In this document: one piece after another, positions 37,290 through 48,013 of the stretch
Layout: each line of letters opens with the position of its first letter
Numbering within the stretch: the first letter of the stretch is position 1
Assembly: GCA_905178155.1 (NCBI GenBank)
Contig: CAJINV010000001.1
Coordinates: 5,650,724 to 5,714,723, forward strand
Length of the DNA: 64,000 bases
Direction of reading: 5' to 3'
Origin: Amoebophrya sp. A120
Taxonomy: Eukaryota; Protista; Dinoflagellata
Position numbers and translations under genes: made by a program
Notes under the pieces: generated by a model
What the model saw: only the letters and a program-made list of their open reading frames with translations
Told to the model about the DNA's origin: nothing
Databases searched by the model: none

Positions 37290-40200
37290 GTAAGAAGACT
37301 TACGTAGTGCGGAGTAGCGCTCAGAAGACTTGCAAATCGATCTGGTTTGACGTGGCGGAGTGCGTAACTCAGTCACGAGACTGCGCCCAGGGGTCTCCTA
37401 GATGTAGATCTTCAGCCCGGCTGATAACATACAAACCTTGTGGACTATTGTTGACTCAAAAAATTGCGATTTGACCTCGTTGAGCTTGTGCGCAACATGG
37501 TTGCACCAGCTTCTGTTGACCTTGATGTAAAAGACTGGACTCGTCACTGAGGGTTCGTGATAGTAAAAGACTGGTAAAAGACGTGAAAATTTCTCTCGCG
37601 TCGACACAATCGTGAAAACGCGCTGCGCCGGTTCCGAGAAAAGCAGCGGCAACGCTATCACATGCTCGTGCTACCTGCGCTTCTGCAGTGCTGCCGCCAT
37701 CTGCCCGGGTTTGAGCGACCGATTCTTGTTGTTTCTCGCCGCGGCGCCACCACCCCCGACCGAGGAGCTGGAAGACCCGCTCGGCAAAGGTGTTGTTTTG
37801 TTCAAGGTCGTCGGGTTTCGCGAGCCTGCAATCAAACGGTTCGGCTTCGCCCTCGTGTCCTTGCACTTTGGAATGTGCCTCTTCGCGGCGTCGGCCGCGA
37901 AGCGGCGCCCACAATGCGGACAGGGTACTCGATCGTCCGCGGCGGCTGATGTGGGCGTGAACTCCGGCATGGGGCCACCCGTTTTCTCGGCGACGGCTGC
38001 GGAAGAAGAACGTTGGTTTTTTGGTGTATGAACAATTCGTCCACCTGCGAGCAGCGAACGCTCGCAGAGACAACAAGTAGGGAAAACGAAAAACCAATAG
38101 CAATATCAAATCACAAAAACAACAAAAGTAGCGTTAAGTATACAAATGAGCCTCGCATTCCTGATTGCGTTCCGGAATTCTTCAGACTTCGTTTTCCACT
38201 TCTGGTTTTTCACCAGCGGGCCGGCTTGTTTCTCCTGCAGTGTTTCCTTCCGTAGGGCTTGTTTTTGCTCCTCCTCCATGCGTTGCGCGGCGACGTTGAA
38301 TTCCTTTCGCTTCTTCATAAACACCTTCTGGCAAACCTTCACGTGCTTCTCGAGCGGCTTTCTTGCGAAACGCCGGCCACAGTGTGGACATGGTATGCGG
38401 TCGCCTTCATTTTGATCACCTCCACCTGGGTCTTGATCGTCGACGTCCGGTGACAAGTCATCGCTTGTGTGTATACCTCCACCTCCGAAATGATCATAGC
38501 CCGCATTATCACCAGGAGGCGGCGGGTGGTGGTAGGGCGAGGGGTTGAAGTCAGCGGGGCCTTTTATCGTGCGTATGTGGAAGGAACTTTCGTACTCTTC
38601 GTCTGCAGTGGTGCTACGGTCGCTCGCATGCAAGAAGGATTGACTCTGCCGCTGCGACATGTAGGAACCTAGGGTAGAGGATTCAAAATTCAAATTGCAC
38701 ACACGACAGAAGCAGAAATTGACATTGCTCTGAAATCGTGAGCACGAGAACCCCACACGCAGCAGCACAAACTCCACGAAAAAACTTACCTTGCGGAGGT
38801 ATGCCGTGTATGTCCTGGAACGACGCAGTCCCTTCTACCGGCGGAGCGGGAAAGTGGTCATCTGTAGTATACTTTTTCAATTATGAAAAAGTGCAAAAGC
38901 GACAAGAGCAAGACAAAAAGAACCACCGCGTTCCGACTTTGAATTCCAAAACAAAAAAATATAGCTGATAGTACTCAAATTCGTTGGCGACTGCGGCATG
39001 TTGGTAATATTATTCGGCTCCGCTTTCATCGGCGGTGCGGCTTTGAAGCCGGGCGGCCTTGCATTCTCGGGCTTCTTCCGACGGCGCGGTAACGTCGCTG
39101 GAATGGCGCCCGCGGTAGACGAACTTGCCTTGCTTTCGCCGACCTTCAGTGCAGACACGCCAGGGGAGTTCTTGCTCACCAGTGGGGATGCGGGCGTGCT
39201 CTTCCGCCGCTCTGCCAAATTCGTGCCCTTCGGCTCAAGAGGTGTCGGGTCCTTGTGCATGACGGTCGTGTCATTGTTCCATTCTTGCGCTGCCGGCGGG
39301 CGCCGCGGACGCCGAGGCGCAGCAGCGGGTCCTGGCGCACCGGAATTGGAAGACTGCGAAGGTGTCCCCGTCCTTCCAGAAAGAAGTGGCTCCTGGACGC
39401 TGTTGCTCTCCGAATTCATGCCTCCATTCTGTGCCGGTCTGGTGCGACTACTGGTTGCGTTGGTCGACGGGCCTCCGTTCGCTGCGTGCAGATTTCGCAC
39501 CGGCTGTCTGCGATTCCCCGCTGCATCGAAGCTGCCCGCAACCGCATTACTCTTCGCACGAGCACGCCTGGCTGGGTTCGGCGGACCGCTTATGTCGCCA
39601 CTGGCGGTCGCATGATTCGTTGTTCCGAGCGCCGCTCCTTCGCTGCCCAGTCGCGGCCTACCCCGACCTGGATCGGGATCAGGGTAAGTATCGGCAGCCG
39701 ATCGCGAGCCTTCGTCTTGCTGCGGTGCGGAAACAAAACTTTGCGGTGGTGCAAAGCCCGACCCTGCGCGATCTCGTCGTGCTGGTAGCACCGCAGGTGT
39801 GCTTGCCGCGGACGCCGCCACGCTCCGGGGGTGCCGTGCGGCGGGGGTGCGGCCGCCACCGATCGTGGCGGGTGTGGCGTCTCCGTCGTTGTTATTGACG
39901 TTGGTGCCTTGAAACGTGGATGACAACTTCCTGTGCGTTCGGTCTAGCGAGTCCGCGCGGTTTGCTGCTGGGTTCCTCGCCATAGCTTGCGACTGCTGGA
40001 AAAGCTCTTGCCGGTTTGCCAGAACGCGCCGAATGTTATCGGCATTTGACGTCACGGAAGGCTGTATGTAAAAGAATATGGAAAAAATGAAGAAACCTCA
40101 GCAGTCATTTTGGTTGTGCTTGCGGCACACTCCTTCATCAGGTTCCTCGAATCAATTGCCAGGAAAAATCGAAAAAACAAGTACCTCTCTCGGCGCAGGA

Positions 40201-40969
40201 GCGTTATTCGGCGGGTTTGCTTCCGCCGATGCGCGGCGGCGCGTTACGCTGGTAGGCTCTACTGCGCCGGGTGGACAGCTTTTCGTGGCTGCCAACGGCA
40301 CCTCGACCGGTGGGGGCGGTGGAGCTATGGTTTGGCTTTGGCTCAGTTGCTGCACGTACTGCTGGTGGTTGTGATTGCTGTGGGACTTGTTTGCCCTCGT
40401 GGAAACGGTTTTCGTCTTCAATAACCGCAAGTTCGGCTGCGCGTCATTGACCAGCTCGCGGAACGTTCGATAGACGCTGTCTGCGTGCGGCCCGACTGTG
40501 TTGCATGATCAAGAATGTCCGCGCTAAATTGCAAACCAGAACCGAGCTATTTTTTTGATACGCGTTCAAAACCTAACCTACTGCTCATCAATGCAGAGTA
40601 TGTAAGTACTTAAGTACCTAAATGAGGATCGGGAGCAGACCCGGAGCGGGACGCCCTCTCTGGAGAATTGTGTCCCTCTCCTGGTTGTGGCGGAAACCGT
40701 AGGAGTGGAGCCGTTGCCATCGGATTCGGCCCTCTGCTCGCCTGGGTCGGGGTGGAGCCTGTGGAGTGATTGAAAAGCACGACTTGAGACATCAATACTA
40801 GATGCGAATTTTACAAAAATACAGTGAGATTTTGGAAATCAAGCGAAAGCGAAAGGTCTGTACGTTGCATGCTGGGTCCACTGTAAAAACTCTTGCCGAG
40901 CAAAGTCGGTGTCCCATATGCGGAGGGCCCGTAGGCCGAGGGGCCCTGGTAATGCAAGCCGCCTTGCAT
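37290..40969 (-). CDS. C2HC-type zinc-finger protein (ZC2HC1-like) with a long disordered N-terminus, multi-exon
   Basis: Two fingers, 'RIPCPHCGRRFARKPLEKHVKVC' and 'RVPCPHCGRRFAADAAKRHIPKC', with linker 'KWKTKSEEFRNAIRNAR'. Ends are approximate. Confidence 0.75.
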
Positions 40970-41176
40970 GGTCTTCGTCTCTTCGGCACGGAAACACGTC
41001 ACTTAACCAATGGCGACGGCCGTCACGGCAATTTTTCAAAAAATCTTCGTAGCTTCATGGCAGACGCAGCAGGAGGAACAGGACGCGCAAATACTCATCG
41101 TAGCCTTAACCTTTAAAAAAATCAATCTAAAAACCCATTCGGCTGTGTTTGCGGGCAGAGGCACTCACACTCCACG

Positions 41177-44100
41177 TCACATATTCGAAATGTTTGCTCG
41201 TTTGAAAGAAGCGACTCTCTTAGCCGGCGCTCGCGCTCCAAAAACTTTCGCCACTGTTGCAATGCTTTTCGATGCTTCTGCACTCTCTACGATGCGAAAA
41301 CTCTCAACCACGTACTGCTCTACGATGTGTTTTCTCATCATTGATCGAGGGAAGGGAACGATTTCGTCGCAGCTGAAGTAAACTGAGAATGCCTTCGCCA
41401 ACGGCACTATAACAGAACAAAAAAGGGTTTGATTTACAGAACCACACCCTACTGCTGTACTTCGTCGCTTTTATTGCTTTTTTTCACCTGACTGCGGGCG
41501 TAGCAGCCTCCTCCACGACGTCTAGTTGCGAAAAGTCTATGACCCGTCCGGCGCACATGTTTCGCTCCGAGAGCGTGCAAGCTGCGCGGGTGGTGGCCGT
41601 GGGCAGCCCCGTAGTGGGCGCCGGGGCCGTGTAGATCTCCATCGTGCAATATCTGCACAAATACTGCAGGTTTTGCAGCGTGGTCCTCAACCCCGGCATC
41701 CCTACCGCGCACTCGATGCGTCGCTCGGGCACGGGCGTGGTCCAGTACTCCAGCCGCGTGTCGTGCGCCTGGGTCCAGCACAGGGGCTCGTCCAGCATCG
41801 CGCCCACGATGCACTGATCGACCTCCGGATCCAGCGGGACCGGAAAAAAGTTGATCACTTCGTCCGCTGGCAAAGGCGGCGCCGTGATGTTCCGCAGGTA
41901 CTGGTGCTCGATCATGGCCTCCGTCATGAGAATGTGCGAAGTTCCCGCGGACAGGAGCGAAAACCACTGCTCGAGCGACAGTGGCGAATTCACGATCTGG
42001 GCGTAGTTGACGTACTGGAGGGCGTTGGGAAACGGGTAGGAGAACAGCGTGTCGTTGAACAGATTCCGGTTCCGGCTCAGGATCGTCAGGTCCAACGCGT
42101 ACGACTTCGGCCAATCCAGCTTATTGAGTGAAAACTCCCCCCTCCCCATATCGAAAAGGTATCTTTCCGAAAATTTGTCTTGCTGATTTGGGGTCACAAA
42201 TCACATCTGTCTTGCAAGAAGACAAGGGCAGAAGCTTCCTCCCCATTATGGAAGCGATTTGTCATGCTGTGGGGCCTAAAGGTCAGCCGTTTGCAATGCT
42301 GACCAACTAGATCCATACGCCCCTCCCTAGCCTGGGGATCTGGCCGCAATGCTTTGCTGCAATACAAATCTGATTTGTGTACGCAAATCCAGCATCACAG
42401 ATTTCCTTTTTGATATGGGGAGGGGGGATCTTTCCTTTTCATACAGCTGTCCCGTTATTCTGTCCGGCGTGTAGACCAACTTCGCCTCCGTGTGCGTCCG
42501 CGGATCGAGGACCCGGGCCTCGAGGTCTTTTGACACGAAGCCAGACTTGATCACGACATACCACACGTTCACGTTTTCCGGTACCGGCATGGGCGTGTCC
42601 TTCGGGATGTCGAAGGTCTGCGTCGACACGTTGACGGTACCTAGCATCTGGATGTCCTGGCCGTTGTTGTAGTTCTCGGGCGCGCGGAACCAGATCTCGT
42701 GCCGGGTCAGGCACGTCGTGTTGATCATCTTGATGTCCCACACGACGCAGCCGCCGACGCTGCCAGCCCGGGCGTCGGCATCGGGAAACCGAATGTTGCT
42801 GATCTTCGGCTGGTAACCAAGGTCGTAGAAAACCTTCACGAGAACGTTGTGCTTGTGCACGCCAACGTTGGTCTGCGCAAACACCGCCCAGTGGCTGTAC
42901 AGGTCGTTTTCCGTGTCTACCGTTTCAAACACGTGCACAGGCTGCGGCGCGGCGTTGACCAGTTTGAACTTCGTCGAGTTCTGTACGCTCTCGCCATCCA
43001 TAACGTAAACACCGAAAAAGCGTAAAGGGTTCCGGACCGTGTCCGCCAGTTGGAGTCTTATCACATGTGAAAATTCTTACGTTTTCTGTATCTACATGTC
43101 ACACTTTGAGTAACTGCGTGCGATGAGGGTATAGGGTTTAGCGCCAGGTGAGTGTTCAAAGCGCAGAATTTTTTTCACCTACTTTTTGCAAATTGGCCAG
43201 CGTTCCAGACTACATAATTTAGTGGAAAAAGTGAACCCCTCCCGTTCTATTACAATCCGACCGTCTCAGGCTCCCCTGCACGCCGGCCCTCAGCGTTGAG
43301 GAAGTAGCTGCACGCGGACAAGGTTTTTCACACCTGATAAAATTCGCCGAAAAGCCCCACAGAAGATTGCCGCCCAGCGCCTCGCAGTTGGGGTTGGTGT
43401 CCGTGAAGGTCAAGCCCGTCCACGTCAGTACGTTGTCCATGATAGCGCCGGTCGAAGAGAACACGTCCGAGGCGTAGAGCACGTTGCTGGTGTCATTCAG
43501 ATCCAGCAAAACGGCTTGAAAATCTAGCCTCGTGACGTTGAACATGAAGTCCGGGCGTAGCAGAATCTGGTACTGGTTGTCCTGCACATAGTTCACGGAC
43601 AGATAGCACGTTTGCGTCGCGGTGCCCTCCTCCACGAAGACAAAGGTGCGGGGGTCGACCGGGACCTTATCGACGTTCGCCACCTCGATTGCGTCCGTCA
43701 AGTTGTAATCAAGCTCCTCGCACATCGGGTACCGCTGCTCAATGTTGTGCAAGGTACAGTTCCCAGTGGTCTCGTTTCCCCCGACACAACGAAGCTCTTG
43801 CGTCTCGTTGATGAACCTGAATTTGAAAGTTTATCACTATGTTGATGCAAAAGAAACTTGCTCTACTAGTACGCCTCAGTGCAGTCGCGACGTCTAGAAT
43901 AAAACTGCGTTGAAAAGGAAGAACAACGTCTATACTTCGTCTGCAATTCACAAAACTCGGCCCGTGAAAATAATCAAAGATCCTACGTGAGCGTGACTCG
44001 ATTTGCAAAAACCCCAGTGAAGCTGATTTGGAACTCGCCACCGCGCTCGTAGGGGTCGAGATCCGCGTCCTTAAACCCCACGGTGGTGACGGGCGTCTGC

Positions 44101-46857
44101 TCCTGCTTGTATGTGAACGAGTACGCGGTCGGGTAGGTGCAGTTCGCCACGGTTGTGTCCGTCGAGTCGGAGAGTCGACACGTCCCGCCCGTCCAGCCGG
44201 CGAGCACGCACCGTGCCTTGTGGTCGCACATGCTCGAGCACGACTGCATGGTCTGTCCGGGAATTGCCTCGAAGGACGAGACGGGGCACTTGCCGGACAC
44301 CAAAGTTTTCAGCTTCTGGGCGTTGTTGCTCGGTTCCTGGACCAGCGCCGCGATACTGTAGTGGTCCCAGCCGCCCACGGTTCTGCCCACCATCACACGC
44401 ACGATTTTGCCGTCGGTCGAGTTCGCCACGCCGGAGAGGGTCACCGACGGCTCCGTGTTCGCGACCTGATAGTCGTGTTTGTCATGTCAATGTCGAGCCG
44501 AAACCACATCTGAAAATGGCAGCCGATAGTACAGAGACCCAGTGCAGCAAGTTGTCCCATACAGAGACCACAGCACGAAGATCATGCTGTAAGCATAAAA
44601 CAGCCAAAGAAAAAAAAAACCCTCGTACCGCAGCCCCGGGGAAGACCGGGAACTGGAATACTGCGATGTCCGACTCTGCAATGACGGCCGCCATGGTGAT
44701 CGACGTTCCGTCCGGTGCGGAGGCGAGGTACAAGTTCGTGACGTTTTGCACCGTGTTCATGACGTAGTTAGACCAGACCGTCGTCTATCAAGTGTAAAAA
44801 TGTCTGGTGTTTTGTCTGGAAACAAGACCTTGGTACAGCACGGGGAAGAGAACGACTTGAACTTTTTGAAGAAAGAAAAGAAAAGAGAACTACGTGGATG
44901 CACTATGTAGAGAGAGATTAAAGCATGCTATTATGTCCACCGGTGGAACTAACTACTGCTACTTATACTATCGCTTGCGCAACATACAAATTGGGTGCAG
45001 TGAACTTCTGCCCACGGGGTCCCGCAGGCTCTACCAAGGTGCTACGCTGGCCAAAGCGCTAGGCACCTGGGAGCCTGTGGGTGCTCGCGCAGTAGTGTCA
45101 TGGCCGTGCGAATAGCACACCGTGGGTGCATGCTCACTACTATTCGCTGACACTACTGCCGTTCATGACCCTATCCCCAAATGCGCATTCGAAATAATTA
45201 TACTAAGAACTATCACAGCATTTGAGCAAGGATCACCACAAGCATGAACTAGAAAATTATAGATCAGTATTTTTGTACGGAGATTTATTATGACATGAAC
45301 ATGAAAGGAACTAGGTGCCGGATTTTAGCTTATACATGGGGGAGCTTGTGTGTGTGTTCTGAATTTAGGAACTATCTATCTTAGGTAAAAATGTCTGGGT
45401 CTGGAAGATTCTAAACTTGTAATGCTGTCTCTGGATTCTAAAAAAATTTGTATTGCATGACCAAGAAAAGGACTCCAGTTTGTGCTACGTGGAGAGGGCA
45501 TTTCTCATGCGGTAGAGGCATCACAAAGCACTCAAAAAATCTGTGATGCTAGGGCATGCATCACAGACATCATGGATCATTCAAAATATGCATGACAAAC
45601 CCGGCAATCTTCCAGATCCAGACATTTTTACATTTGATATCGTCCCCGTGGGTCGCTGCCAGAATGCGATTTTCCCCTGGCGTATCCCGCCGATCAGCTG
45701 CAAGGCCGCGATATCAAATGTAAAAATGTCTGGGTCTGGATGTCATGCAGATTTTACATGACACATGACGTCTGTAATGCATAACCTGGCATCACAGATT
45801 TTCAGCGGGCTTTCTGATGCCTATCCCGCATGAGAAATACCCTCTCCATGTAGCACAAACTGGAGCCCTCTTGCTGGTCATGCAATACGGATTTTTGTAC
45901 AATGCAGAGACAGCGTCACAAGTTGCAATCTTCCAGACCCAGACATTTTTACAGTTGATACGCGACCTGGATGAAATTCTCCACGGTCACACTGGACAAG
46001 TACTCCACCGCGATGGAGTTCTTTGCGCGCGACGGGGTATCGGTGAAGACCACCATCTCCTCACCGGTGGTGGGGGATTTTCGGTCCTGGTTGAGCATCA
46101 TGACGATTTCGTCCGTGCCCGTGTCGATCACGGCCAGTTCAGAGATACCCGACTCCGCGGAGTAGTTCTTATCGAGCAGAAACGGCGCGGTTGGGGTCGT
46201 GCGCTGGAACACGCAGAGCGACCCCTCCGGGTGGGTCTTGTTTTTGCCGGACGCGACGACCAACAGCCGGCGGTCGAAATTCACCGTACTCGGGCGGACG
46301 TGTTCGCTGCCGCAGGGGTTTTGCACCTGATACGTCACGTTCAGAAAGTTCGGCTGCAGCTGCAGAATTTGCACCACGTCCGCACTGGCGACCACCAGCT
46401 CGTCCTGGTACAGCGCGATGGCGTCGAGCTGGTCCTTGCTCCGCGTCAAATTCACATTCGCCTGGGTGAACACGCGTGCGGCGCCGTTCCAGCTGGCGCC
46501 CTGCGCGTCCGTCTCGAACTTCGCGACGCCCAGGTCGGTTTGGCTGTAGGTATACACGAGCTGCTGCCTGCGAGAATCCAACTGCAGGAATGGTCGCACG
46601 TGCGCTGGGCTGCCTATGTCGACGTCCACGCTGGCCAGCCACTCGGCCAGCGTAACGGACAGGTGGGCGAGCAGGAGGGCTGCAACGGCGATCGCGCTCC
46701 GCTTTTTTGACCGAGCTTGATTTTCACTCGATGGCTGTAAGCCACGTATTCGTGCCTTCGTGCGCTTCGGCTTTATGCGCTTGCTGCGCATGATCTCCAT
46801 CATCTGCTCCGCGTCTATCTTTATTTCCCTGGCCTTTTGATGTGCTCTGGGCAACAT
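41177..46857 (-). CDS. Large secreted or surface protein (beta-rich, PAN/apple-like Cys module), interrupted by four introners
   Basis: Hydrophobic 'AIAVAALLLAHLSVTLA'. GC3-rich exons join in frame. 'CSSMCDHKARCVLAGWTGGTCRL' resembles a PAN/apple motif. Includes a mini-exon at 45640-45711. Ends are approximate. Confidence 0.7.
42122..42443. mobile_element. Introner family A copy 2 (322 bp)
   Basis: Same length as, and colinear with, 28621-28942 (shared 'TGTCTTGCAAGAAGACAAGGGCAGAAGCTTCC' and 'CCTAGCCTGGGGATCTGGCCGCAATGC'). TSD CAGCT at 42117-42121 and 42444-42448. Removal restores ITGQLDWPKSY. Confidence 0.95.
43059..43339. mobile_element. Degenerate introner (281 bp)
   Basis: TIRs TATCACATGTGAAAA / TTTTCACACCTGATA sit exactly at the ORF break. 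Flanks AGTCT and AAATT do not match, but removing the element plus 5 nt (or 2 nt) restores the frame. Confidence 0.7.
44786..45639. mobile_element. Composite introner, family C (854 bp, three TIRs)
   Basis: Outer TIRs TATCAAGTGTAAAAATGTCTGG / CCAGACATTTTTACATTTGATA. TSD TCGTC at 44781-44785 and 45640-45644. An internal TIR at 45377 delimits a 263-bp unit. Confidence 0.9.
45712..45960. mobile_element. Introner family C (249 bp), inverted relative to 45377-45639
   Basis: TIRs TATCAAATGTAAAAATGTCTGGGTCTGGA / TCCAGACCCAGACATTTTTACAGTTGATA. TSD CGCGA at 45707-45711 and 45961-45965. Confidence 0.95.
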
Positions 46858-48013
46858 AGTTTCCGTATCCTCCTCCGCATGGTCTGGTGCTGGTGGTCGC
46901 TTGCGCTTGCGCCATGCGGCCCGCAAGCCGGAGGATAGCTGCCCTCGTTTTGGTCCCATGAACGGCTGAAGAGAACGCGGCGCAAGCAAAGCTACAGCGC
47001 TACTACGCGATGAAACCAACGACGGAAAACCACAACATGCATCTTGCTTTTTATCTTGTCACTGTGCTTTTATTGCGATAGCGTAAATCGAATCCAAACC
47101 AAATCGCACAGGTGGTTGTGTTATCAACCAGTACGAAATACGCCCAGCAGAAGACCACTCTGCCTTTGAACGACACCAAATAGATGGCGGCCACTTGCAC
47201 TCTCTCAAGGCACAGATTTGTAAAGATAGACGTTCGAAATGCCACTGGAAAGAAGTAGCAACTCCGTCCACTTGCGCAGCAACACTCGACACCTACCCTC
47301 TTTCCCTCTGCAGCAGCCTTATGCCCGCTCCGCAATGGATGCTGATAAAGAAACACCCGCTCGGCCTCGGTCGGCCAAAGACCAGGGGTGACTTGAAACT
47401 TTTCCGCGAGTAGTATAATGCTGCAACAGACACTCGAAGTAAAACATGCGGCAAGTTTTCATCTCTCGCTTACTTGAGGTATGTATTCCATTCGTTTCTT
47501 AAGGTTGTTGCCTCGAGGAGCGCTTCTAGAAGTTGTAAGTAAAGAGAGTAGCAAAGAGAGGCAAGCAGCAGGCTTCCAGCAGTATTTGATACTCTTAGCT
47601 AAACCGATGCAGTGCCGCGTGTACGGAGAATACCTCCGCGCACGCACAACCACATCGTCTAACTGCTTCGAAAAAAAAGACGGTAAAACCTACTTGCGAG
47701 CGCAAAATGAAACAATCCAGGTGCTAACTTGGTAAAAAAAACACACCATACTGATGCTTACGGAAGAAACTTACAGAAACACTTACAATGTGCAAGAGAA
47801 ACGGAACGAAGAGACGTCAGAGGAACAAAACCAACAGAAAATTTACAGGTTTGTTCAACCTCAGAAACAAACAAGTAGTAATTACGTAGAGAGAGATCGT
47901 AAACCACACTTGGCCACTGTACAAGAAGATAAACATGAGACTAGTAGTGCTGTCTTACTCTTCGCAGATTCCCATCCGGAGCTGATGTCCACGACTTCGA
48001 CGCCTGGGATGCA

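Noticed and set aside
42119-42444. Canonical reading of introner A2 using GTATGA and ATAAG
   Set aside because: This GT-AG pair removes the element plus 3 nt and not 5, leaving a frameshift.
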